Shown piece after piece: positions 17,132-25,586 of a stretch of 64,000 nucleotides of DNA. The stretch spans positions 10 through 64,009 of the forward strand of contig CAXRIX010000078.1 in assembly GCA_964230555.1 (NCBI GenBank), written 5' to 3'. How positions within the stretch are numbered: the first letter of the stretch is position 1; each line of letters begins with the position of its first letter. A program made the translations under genes and the position numbers. The notes beneath the pieces are model-generated. The model worked only from the letters and a program-made list of their open reading frames with translations. It had not been told where the DNA came from and ran no database searches. Source of the DNA: Bdellovibrionales bacterium (GTDB taxonomy: Bacteria; Bdellovibrionota; Bdellovibrionia; Bdellovibrionales; JAGQZY01).

Positions 17132-19720
17132 GTGGTTACGTTCGTGCAATTTATTAAATTTAACAGACCTTTGCGTTGTCTCTTTCGATTTCCAACATCG
17201 ACATCGGTGTTCTTGGCCCCCTTAATCTTTGCTTTTGTTTTATTTCACCACCCAGCGATGGCACAAATGGATACCGACTTTTCCGGCGGTGGAGCGGTTC
17301 GCGTCGGCGATTCCACTTCGACTTGTGACAGCGCAACCGCGGGCGCCATCCGTTATGATGCTGATGGCACCAACCTTGTCGGGTTCTGTGACGGATCGAC
17401 GTGGCTCGACTTTGTGACCTCTTCGGTGTCGGGGGTGGTTAATAACGGAAATAGTTTTGCTGCGCCGATGATAATCGGAACCAATGACGCCAATATTCTG
17501 CAGTTTGAAACTGGCGGCACAACACACGTGACCATCGACACCGCTGGTAATGTTGGAGTCGGTACCACCTCTCCTGGCCAGGCCTTAGATGTGCGAGGAT
17601 TCAATAGTCTACCTGCGTCTTCTGGCAGCACCCAAAATGGAGCCCTGAGGGTCTCTTCAACCGGTACCACCATGACCTTAGACGCCGGTGTTCACAGTGG
17701 CTCAGGGGCCTGGATTCAAGCCACCCAGCGCAACCTTTTGAATAACTCATTTAACTTATTACTGAATCCGAATGGCGGAGATGTTGGAATTGGCACTACA
17801 GATCCAGCTGGAAGACTTGAAGTTCAAAGCGCTACAAATGATGACACCAGCTCCGCTCTGATCCTTAAAAATTCGTCGGCCAATAATATTTTGAACGCTC
17901 GCAGTGACGGAAAACTTATCGTTGGCAATGTGAGCGATCCTCACGACGGCCTGGTGGCAATTGGTCATGCCTCATCCCCGACTTATCCCTCGATCGGAAC
18001 TTGGGGAGGCGCCGTCCATATTCTTCCCAGTGGTGGTATCAACGGCAATACCGCTTCAATCACTTTTGGTGCAAATGCTTCTGGCGGCGTTGAAAAAAGA
18101 GCTGAGGCCGGATTGTACGTACAATCGAGCGATGCGTACGGAACGCGGATGCACCTTGCCACCACCAACAGTTATGCCACCGGTTCACAGGCCCGTTTGT
18201 CGATCATGGAGGATGGGAAGGTGGGAATTGGCACTTCAACTCCAGCCGTCGAACTTGATGTGGGCACAGGCTCGATCAATGCAGCCGAAATTTGTGATGA
18301 AAACAATGCCAACTGTTTAGACCTTTCAGCCGGCGCTGGAGGGGGTGGCTACAGTGCTGGTGACACAATTTTATTTGCCGACGGAACCGGAGCCAATCCA
18401 GGATTGGCTTTCAACTCGGATCCGGACACTGGAATTTTCACTCAAGGCAGTGGCGAAATTCGTTATTCAATTAACGGAGGAAATATTGCCACCTTAGACG
18501 GTGGCGGCTTTGTGTCTTGGGGCGGATTGATGGCCGACAATGGTGATGCCACAACCCCTGATTTTCGCTTTGGGCTTGATCCGAATACGGGAATGTTTTC
18601 ACCGGCACCTGACACAATCGGCTTTTCAACGGGCGGCAACGAAGCTCTAACAATAGCCTCTTCCGGTTATGTTGGTGTCAATGAACCTTCGCCCACAAAA
18701 ACTTTACAGGTGGGAGGAGATTTTGGTGCTAGCTCGGTTGAGGTGTATAATGCCTCTGCTGGTGCCAGCCTGACCGCCATGGGTGCCGCAGCGGATGCTT
18801 ACAACTATTCGTACCTGAATCTAGCGAACACCGCGAACAGTAATCAATGGAGTCTTGCCTATAGAAATGGAACCACGATTGGAGCTGACGCCAACAAGTT
18901 AATGTTCAATTATTTTGATGGTAGTACCTATAATGACTTTTTAACATTGGACCCCAGCGGGAACATTGGGATTGGAACCACAGCTCCTTGGGCTCTATTG
19001 CAAATAGAAGACTCAGGTGATGCGCCTCTTATCGCGTTTACCAGCCCAAGTAATCTTAATGGTGGATTGATTATTGGTTCTGATGCAACTTCAGCGTACA
19101 TCGACCAAGTCGAGAATGAACCGCTCTTTATAATGACAAATGATACCACTCGCATGACAATTCTTGCCGGTGGTGATGTTGGAATTGGCACTTCGAGCCC
19201 CAGTTATAAACTGCACGTGAATGGCTCAGTGGCCGGAGTTGGCGCCTACAACAACCTTTCTGACCGACGCCTGAAGCGTGATATCGCGTCGGTGGAAAAT
19301 GCTTTGGACAAATTACTGCAGATTAATGGGGTGCTCTACAATTGGCGACGAGACGACTATCAAGACTACGATTTCCCGTCTGGCCATGACATGGGGGTCA
19401 TAGCCCAAGATGTGCAAAAGGTTTTCCCGGAAGCGGTCTCGCAAAGCGACCAAGGTCTTTTGTCGGTGGCTTATAGTAAGCTGATTGCTCCGATCATTGA
19501 AGCGATTCGTGAATTGAATTCTCGACTACAAAAAACTGAAAAAACTTTGCAATTAGAAGTTTCCGAATTAAAGGCTTCTCAGCAATTGAATGCAACTCAA
19601 AAAGACGCCGAGATCCAAAAACTTAAAAAAGATCTTGAACAAAAGAATGAGAAAATAAACCTTTTGTTAGAGCGAATTGAGATTATTGAGAAGCGACTTT
19701 CAGAAGGCGATAAAAATTAA
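17132..19720 (+). CDS. Secreted tail-fibre-like repeat protein (fibre 1) ending in an intramolecular-chaperone / peptidase S74-type autoprocessing domain
   Basis: 862 aa with a long signal region ending AMA-Q. Six modules end in G(N/D)VGIGT(T/S)xPxxxLxV. The C-terminus reads NNL-SDRRLKRDIASVENALDKLLQINGVLYNWRRDD...GVIAQDVQKVFPEAV...LSVAYSKLIAPIIEAIRELN followed by a coiled coil, the classic S74 chaperone signature. The start is uncertain (GTG 17132, GTG 17144 or TTG 17171). Confidence 0.8.
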   Translation: MVTFVQFIKFNRPLRCLFRFPTSTSVFLAPLIFAFVLFHHPAMAQMDTDFSGGGAVRVGDSTSTCDSATAGAIRYDADGTNLVGFCDGSTWLDFVTSSVSGVVNNGNSFAAPMIIGTNDANILQFETGGTTHVTIDTAGNVGVGTTSPGQALDVRGFNSLPASSGSTQNGALRVSSTGTTMTLDAGVHSGSGAWIQATQRNLLNNSFNLLLNPNGGDVGIGTTDPAGRLEVQSATNDDTSSALILKNSSANNILNARSDGKLIVGNVSDPHDGLVAIGHASSPTYPSIGTWGGAVHILPSGGINGNTASITFGANASGGVEKRAEAGLYVQSSDAYGTRMHLATTNSYATGSQARLSIMEDGKVGIGTSTPAVELDVGTGSINAAEICDENNANCLDLSAGAGGGGYSAGDTILFADGTGANPGLAFNSDPDTGIFTQGSGEIRYSINGGNIATLDGGGFVSWGGLMADNGDATTPDFRFGLDPNTGMFSPAPDTIGFSTGGNEALTIASSGYVGVNEPSPTKTLQVGGDFGASSVEVYNASAGASLTAMGAAADAYNYSYLNLANTANSNQWSLAYRNGTTIGADANKLMFNYFDGSTYNDFLTLDPSGNIGIGTTAPWALLQIEDSGDAPLIAFTSPSNLNGGLIIGSDATSAYIDQVENEPLFIMTNDTTRMTILAGGDVGIGTSSPSYKLHVNGSVAGVGAYNNLSDRRLKRDIASVENALDKLLQINGVLYNWRRDDYQDYDFPSGHDMGVIAQDVQKVFPEAVSQSDQGLLSVAYSKLIAPIIEAIRELNSRLQKTEKTLQLEVSELKASQQLNATQKDAEIQKLKKDLEQKNEKINLLLERIEIIEKRLSEGDKN

Positions 19721-19882
19721 ATCGAAAAAAATAATGCTGTCTTTTTTAGAGTACAATTGTTCTAAACCTCATCCCAGAGCTCCTTGTCTTGGGGGAAAAA
19801 TCTTATTTTGACAGGACCACACTGTGCTTTTTTTATTCAAATTAAAAATCACAAATAATTCGTCTCGATATTGGACTTTAGG

Positions 19883-19909
19883 TCAAGACTTTACCTAAAT
19901 AAACCGATA
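19883..19909 (+). promoter_or_regulatory. Sigma-28 (FliA)-like promoter: TCAAG-N16-CCGATA, with the -10 element 7 nt before GTG 19917
   Basis: TCAAG at 19883..19887 and CCGATA at 19904..19909, followed by gttacac then GTG. Confidence 0.5.
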
Positions 19910-19916
19910 GTTACAC

Positions 19917-22900
19917 GTGGAGACGTTGAGCGGTTTTATTAAAATGTTAAAGATTTCAAAGGCACAGTCGTTTTTCAAAAAACCGACAGGTCCACTTTTC
20001 TTTTTTCTTGTTTTCACCTTATTTTTTAATCCAAACTCTTTCGCGCAAGTCGACACCGACTTTTCGGGTGGTGGTGCCGTGCGTGTTGGTGACTCCACAT
20101 CAACCTGTGATTCTTCAACGGCTGGTGCCATCCGCTACGATGCTGATGGAACCAATTTGGTTGGGTTTTGTAATGGTTCGACTTGGCTCGATTTTGTCAC
20201 GTCTTCCGTATCCGGCGTCGTGAACAACGGCAATAGCTTTTCTGCACCGATGATTATTGGAACCAACGACGCCAATGTTTTACAGTTTGAAACGGGCGGT
20301 TCCAATCGAGTGACTATTGATACTTCCGGGAATGTTGGGATAGGCACAGACAGCCCCAGTGAAAAATTAGAAATTTTGCGAAATTTTGCAGGAATATCTG
20401 ACTCCTTGAAACTTACCAACACCAGCGCTTCGGATAGTCGTGGGTCTGGAGTCTTGTTCCACAGCGGAGCTGTCGACTCGGCTCGCTTGGCCTCAACTCG
20501 TGGATCCAACGATGCTTCAGGAGACCTTCATTTCTTCACTCGACAATCAAATGCTTTGGTGGAGTCTTTGTCGATTGTTGGTGCTAGTGGTTTTGTTGGT
20601 ATTGGCACGACCAGTCCGGCGGTTTCATTGGACGTCAATACAGGATCTATCAATGCAGCGGAAATTTGTGACGAAAACAACGCCAACTGTTTGGACCTGT
20701 CAGCCGGTGTTGCCGGAGACAATCTTGGTAGTCATCTTGCAACCACTTTTCTTAATATGGATGGAAATAATATTCGCCATCTTGGAATTGGAGATGCCGC
20801 CAGTCCCGGTTTGACATTTAGCTCTGACCTTAACACCGGTCTCTGGGCGCCAGCCGGTGACACTATCGCGGCCTCGACCGGAGGGGTTGAACGCTTCAGG
20901 ATCGACTCATCCGGCAATGTCGGGATCGGCACTGGAAACCCTACCGACTTGCTTCACATGTACGGCAGTAGCCCCAACTCCATAGGAATGACCATTGAAA
21001 ACAATAGTTCGGGTGCCAACTCCTATGCTGGAACGCTCTACACGGGTTCGACCGCTAACAATTACCTGTGGACGGGTATTGGAAATGCCGGCTCCGGCTA
21101 CCCTGGTGAGGCCTTTATTGAGGCCGGTGGCGGAGCCGCGGCACTGAACATCGGTTACTCTCCTCCCTTGAAACTATTGACTGGCACAACGGAAAGAATG
21201 CGAATCGACACCTCAGGCCGGGTTGGGATTGGAACAACCGCGACCACCAGTTTGTTGGAAGTTTATCGCAATGAAGATGTTGATCACTCCGATGGCGGTA
21301 TTGTGGCGACCAATGCCAATGCTGGAACAGCTTCAGCCATTGGAATGGGACTCGTCAACGACGAGGGCCCTATTGGTGGTATTACGGCCGGTAGCTCCAA
21401 CTATTCCAATGCCCTTTATCAGTCTCGACTGTCTCTGTATTCCAATGATTCGCTTTCCACCGGTGTGAATATAATCGCACCCCGAGCCGACGCCGACATT
21501 CGATTTGTGACAGGTGGCTTAGGTTCAGGCAATGAGAGAGTTCGAATCGATGCCTCCGGAAATGTTGGTATTGGAACAACTTCGCCCGCTGTTGAGTTGG
21601 ATGTTAACACCGGGTCAATCAATGCGGCTGAAATTTGTGATGAGAACAATGCCAACTGCTTGGACTTATCGGCGGGCGCTGGTGGTGGTGGTTACAGTGC
21701 TGGCGACACAATTTTATTTGCCGACGGAACCGGGGCGAATCCAGGTCTCGCTTTTAACTCGGATCCAGACACAGGGATATACACTCAGGGTAGCGGTGAA
21801 ATCCGGTACACGATCAATGGAGGAAACACGGCCACCTTGGATGGTAATGGCTTCGTCTCTTGGGGCGGACTGATGGCTGACAATGGAGACGCTACGAATC
21901 CCGATTTTCGTTTTGGACTCGATACAAATACCGGAATGTTTTCGCCAAGCGCTGATGCCATTGCTTTTTCCAATGGCGGTACAGAGACATTTCGAATTGA
22001 TTCCGCTGGTGATGTTTGGATTGGGAGTGCCAACCCTAACGTAGAACTTGATGTTAATGGTACAATCAAATCCAACTATATTGATGTTAGCTCAACCTCC
22101 AGCCCCCCCGGCTTCCAATATACCTATAATAACTTTTCCCATGAATTTGATGGCGGAGGAATAGGACCTGACGAAACAATTGTATACGGGTTTAATTCTG
22201 AGATAAATAACATCAGTATTGATTTTCAGGATTATGTCATCACAGGGCAATTTACCAATCGACTGACCGCTGGTTTGGCCGCGGGTCAAGTCGCAGTGGA
22301 TGCTCTCAGTTTCATAAGTACAGGAATGAGTACTTACGAAACCACAGGGGTCGCATCAACAGTGAGTGGCTCCGGTAATATCAATCAAGCCTATGGACTC
22401 AAATCCAGAATTCTTAATTCCAACACGTTGGACTCCTACGGGCTTTACATTGGAACGATCAACGGCGGTGACCAATGGGGAGTTTATCAATCGGGTGCTG
22501 ACGACACCAACTATTTCGCCGGCAATATTGGTATTGGCACAGCCACACCAGAGGTGGAGTTGGATGTTCACACCGGCTCGATCAATGCGGCTGAAATTTG
22601 TGACGAGAACAACGCTAATTGCTTAGATCTTTCGGCCGGAGTCGGTGGAGGCAGTGGCGATATTTCTAACGGCGGTAATACCAACGGAGCGGATATTACT
22701 ATTGGTACCAACGATGCTTACGATTTGAACTTAGAAGCCAGTGGTTCAACTGTTGCGACTGTCTCAAGCGATGGCGAGTTTATTGTTGGATCTCCTAACG
22801 CGATGTTTAGTGGTACCAAAAAGTTAAGAGTTGAATCCAATCCCTGGGATGCGTCAGGTGATTTTGCACACATTAATAACGAAATGTATAAAAACGGTAA

Positions 22901-23738
22901 CGCCCACTTCGGAAAAATTATAGGGATTCGCAATCAAATTCGGGGTGACTCTGGTAACAGTCAGGATGAGCAAATCGCAACCTACAATATGATCACCACT
23001 TGGGCGAACAGTCTGAATTCAGGGATGGGGACCTACAATGAACTGGAAAGCAAAGCTGGGAGTACCACTGACATGACCGGCTCCCTATCCAACTTAACAG
23101 TGGATGGCGGTACAGTACAAAATTACTATGGCTTTCGAGCCATGGCTTCAAATTCGGCCACCCTAACTAACGCCTACGGTCTTTATATCGACGACCTTCC
23201 TGGCACCACAACCTACGGGATTTACCAGGATGGCTCTTCAGATGATAACTACTTTTCAGGAAATGTTGGAGTTGGAACAAATGCTCCTTCAGCAAAGTTG
23301 GAAGTGGTGGGAGAGGTTCGCCCCGTGGATAGTTCCGGCAACAATCGACTTTGGGGTCAAGGTCGCCCGGGGGTTGCTCGGTACGGGACATCCGGCGTCG
23401 AAGCCGGGCTTTGTACCAATGGTGGTGTTTCGTTTGGCTTGAGCTACAGTGCTGTGAATTGGGAAGGCTCAGCCTCGGCTTGTCCTCAAGGGACCTGGGT
23501 TTGTACAGCTGCTGAGAAAGGGACTGCCACTTGCAATACGGCCCGTCCTGACCATGTTTCCAACGATGGAACTGACTGCACTGGGAGCTTTGTAAACTAT
23601 CCATCCAATAATCATCAAGGTTGGGTCGCTGATATCGGTGGCTACGTCAATTCCGGTTATACAATTTCAGAAAATGGCACAACAGACAACGGGCTGTTTC
23701 CATGTAATGCGCAACCCGTTTGGTGTTGTAGTGAATAA
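19917..23738 (+). CDS. Secreted tail-fibre-like repeat protein (fibre 2), a paralogue of fibre 1 with an 8-Cys C-terminal domain and no S74 domain
   Basis: 1273 aa with a signal region ending SFA-Q. The first 83 mature residues are nearly identical to fibre 1. Eight GNVGIGT..P...L.V module ends and three copies of GSINAAEICDENNANCLDLSAG. The C-terminal roughly 115 aa contain 8 Cys and end in WCCSE. An alternative start is ATG 19944. Confidence 0.8.
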   Translation: METLSGFIKMLKISKAQSFFKKPTGPLFFFLVFTLFFNPNSFAQVDTDFSGGGAVRVGDSTSTCDSSTAGAIRYDADGTNLVGFCNGSTWLDFVTSSVSGVVNNGNSFSAPMIIGTNDANVLQFETGGSNRVTIDTSGNVGIGTDSPSEKLEILRNFAGISDSLKLTNTSASDSRGSGVLFHSGAVDSARLASTRGSNDASGDLHFFTRQSNALVESLSIVGASGFVGIGTTSPAVSLDVNTGSINAAEICDENNANCLDLSAGVAGDNLGSHLATTFLNMDGNNIRHLGIGDAASPGLTFSSDLNTGLWAPAGDTIAASTGGVERFRIDSSGNVGIGTGNPTDLLHMYGSSPNSIGMTIENNSSGANSYAGTLYTGSTANNYLWTGIGNAGSGYPGEAFIEAGGGAAALNIGYSPPLKLLTGTTERMRIDTSGRVGIGTTATTSLLEVYRNEDVDHSDGGIVATNANAGTASAIGMGLVNDEGPIGGITAGSSNYSNALYQSRLSLYSNDSLSTGVNIIAPRADADIRFVTGGLGSGNERVRIDASGNVGIGTTSPAVELDVNTGSINAAEICDENNANCLDLSAGAGGGGYSAGDTILFADGTGANPGLAFNSDPDTGIYTQGSGEIRYTINGGNTATLDGNGFVSWGGLMADNGDATNPDFRFGLDTNTGMFSPSADAIAFSNGGTETFRIDSAGDVWIGSANPNVELDVNGTIKSNYIDVSSTSSPPGFQYTYNNFSHEFDGGGIGPDETIVYGFNSEINNISIDFQDYVITGQFTNRLTAGLAAGQVAVDALSFISTGMSTYETTGVASTVSGSGNINQAYGLKSRILNSNTLDSYGLYIGTINGGDQWGVYQSGADDTNYFAGNIGIGTATPEVELDVHTGSINAAEICDENNANCLDLSAGVGGGSGDISNGGNTNGADITIGTNDAYDLNLEASGSTVATVSSDGEFIVGSPNAMFSGTKKLRVESNPWDASGDFAHINNEMYKNGNAHFGKIIGIRNQIRGDSGNSQDEQIATYNMITTWANSLNSGMGTYNELESKAGSTTDMTGSLSNLTVDGGTVQNYYGFRAMASNSATLTNAYGLYIDDLPGTTTYGIYQDGSSDDNYFSGNVGVGTNAPSAKLEVVGEVRPVDSSGNNRLWGQGRPGVARYGTSGVEAGLCTNGGVSFGLSYSAVNWEGSASACPQGTWVCTAAEKGTATCNTARPDHVSNDGTDCTGSFVNYPSNNHQGWVADIGGYVNSGYTISENGTTDNGLFPCNAQPVWCCSE

Positions 23739-23741
23739 AGA

Positions 23742-24698
23742 CTAAGTGTCCCACTGCTCTAAAGCACTGTCATACCCGTAGAATAAGATAATTAAAGCTC
23801 GGACTCCGGATTTGGTGTCGCCGTTTTCTGACTTCAAGCGCATTTTATTGTTCAGGTCAGGAAGATCGTCAGCCCAGTAGCCACCATCGTTTATCAAGTT
23901 TTCGTACATCAAGTTGGCGACTGGTTTTTTCACGCGCACGCAACCATGGGAGTCTTGATGTTTTCCAAGCAAACTGTACTTGTTAGTGCTGGTTCCGTGC
24001 ACGGCCAGTCCAGACCATTTTCCCCATGGGTAAATAAGATCAAAGTAAAGCGAGTGCCACATACCGGTGCCATACCGTTTAACATCTGATTTTGAATGAT
24101 TGATGCGATAGATCCCCGTCGGTGTATCGACATAAGGCTGCGGGTCCGCCGCTTTATGGCTGGCGCCACTGGATACGGGAATAAGGTCTCGCATAATTCC
24201 ATGGCCGTTAATCATGGTACCGTCTAAAGCTTTGATCGTGGTTGCGAAAGCGGGCTGTCCGTTATTGCCAGAGACATCGCTGCGGATACCGACAACCTGC
24301 CCCGCTTTTCTTACAAAAAGTTTTTGATTGGCTTCGGTGCGCTCAATGACCTTCATGTGCTGAGCAGGAATTGGATCAGCCATATTTTGGCGACCTTCGT
24401 AATCAACATTGATAATAAGATAAACGTCAAATTCCTCTTCCATTGTTGGAGTAATATAGGAGGCCACTGTCTCCCAAGACATTTTGTAGTTAAAGAAACT
24501 CACCAGGTGTTTCATGTACTGGCGCCCCGACATTTCAAAATATTCTTTTTCAGATAAGGTCACCATCTCACCGGCGTCGTTGACCTCTAAAATCACGCGA
24601 CCATCGACGAACTTTGGACCACCGGTCTCAAGCTTGACTTGTGCTGATGAAAAAGAAAATTGAACTAATATAGCAACTGCCAAAAGAATTCGGCTCAT
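23742..24698 (-). CDS. Secreted L,D-transpeptidase (YkuD-domain) family protein
   Basis: 318 aa with a signal peptide ending SSAQV and the catalytic signature LAVHGTSTNKYSLLGKHQDSHGCVRV. Confidence 0.8.
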   Translation of the reverse strand: MSRILLAVAILVQFSFSSAQVKLETGGPKFVDGRVILEVNDAGEMVTLSEKEYFEMSGRQYMKHLVSFFNYKMSWETVASYITPTMEEEFDVYLIINVDYEGRQNMADPIPAQHMKVIERTEANQKLFVRKAGQVVGIRSDVSGNNGQPAFATTIKALDGTMINGHGIMRDLIPVSSGASHKAADPQPYVDTPTGIYRINHSKSDVKRYGTGMWHSLYFDLIYPWGKWSGLAVHGTSTNKYSLLGKHQDSHGCVRVKKPVANLMYENLINDGGYWADDLPDLNNKMRLKSENGDTKSGVRALIILFYGYDSALEQWDT

Positions 24699-24985
24699 AG
24701 GCTCCCCCCAAGAAATGATTCGTATGGACCCGTCGAGACAGGCCTCTCCCTTGCCCCTATGTGCCTGGATTGCTCGGGGAATGCAAACGAAAAGCCCTAA
24801 CCGACTGAAGTTCCTAATCTTTGCAAAGTCTTTATGAGAGAAATTGAAAGATTTATACGAGACTCCAACACAGCCAAGCGGCGAAATTCAGATTCTGAAT
24901 TCTTTGACCAAGGGCTTCGAGTTGACTGCGGTAAGAAATCGGAATTTTTCTTGAGACCTTTTATTTTTAGTATAAATTGGTCTCC

Positions 24986-25498
24986 ATGAAACTTCGTAAA
25001 GCCGTCTACGCCGGTAGCTTTGATCCTCTTACCAACGGCCATGTTTGGGTTATCCAGCGGGCTGTCACTTTGTTTGACGAACTGACTATCGCTATTGGAG
25101 TTAATCCTGACAAAAATTACTTTCTTTCTGCCGAAGAAAGAAAAGAAAATATTCAAGACCTTATCGATCAGGAGAATTGGTCGTCTTGTAAAGTTGATGT
25201 GACTATTATTAAAAATCAATATTTGGCTCGCTTTGCAGAATCGAAGAATGCTTCATGCCTGATTCGAGGTATCCGCTCGGAGGCTGACTTTAGTTATGAG
25301 TATGCAATGGCCCAAGCCAATCGCGCCTTAGCTCCGTCGATTGACAGTATCTACTTAATGCCCCCACCGAGCTTGGCTCAAGTCAGTTCTTCCCTCGTCA
25401 AAAGCATGATTGGACCCGATGGCTGGCAAGACCTGATTCGGCAATACCTTCCTGACGCCGTTTATGAGTCGATTTTAAAAAAGAATCGCAACGCCTAA
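24986..25498 (+). CDS. coaD: Phosphopantetheine adenylyltransferase
   Basis: Starts MKLRKAVYAGSFDPLTNGHVWVIQRA, with RGIRSEADFSYE. ATG 24986 is preferred over the ORF-track TTG at 24977. Confidence 0.9.
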   Translation: MKLRKAVYAGSFDPLTNGHVWVIQRAVTLFDELTIAIGVNPDKNYFLSAEERKENIQDLIDQENWSSCKVDVTIIKNQYLARFAESKNASCLIRGIRSEADFSYEYAMAQANRALAPSIDSIYLMPPPSLAQVSSSLVKSMIGPDGWQDLIRQYLPDAVYESILKKNRNA

Positions 25499-25586
25499 AG
25501 ACTGCATTCACTTGCAATTCTTATAAATAGGACGACTGTCAGTTAGGGTTGCCAAATTTAAAAAAAACACTTATGTTCAAATTCAT

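Noticed and set aside
17270-20300. Recent gene conversion or assembly duplication as the source of the identical fibre N-modules
   Set aside because: The amino-acid sequences are nearly identical, but the nucleotide sequences differ at many synonymous positions throughout. The copies are therefore old and maintained by selection, not collapsed or duplicated reads.
24751-24766. Sigma-54-like promoter on the minus strand upstream of the L,D-transpeptidase (AGGCAC-ATAG-GGGCA)
   Set aside because: The GG-to-GC spacing is one nt short of the TGGCAC-N5-TTGCA consensus and the flanking T's are missing. Other TGGCAC occurrences (for example 35024 and 30380) lie inside genes or lack the -12 element.
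24797-25219. 140-aa minus-strand ORF overlapping the coaD start region
   Set aside because: It overlaps the well-supported coaD gene on the opposite strand and has no RBS, no recognisable motif and an odd composition.
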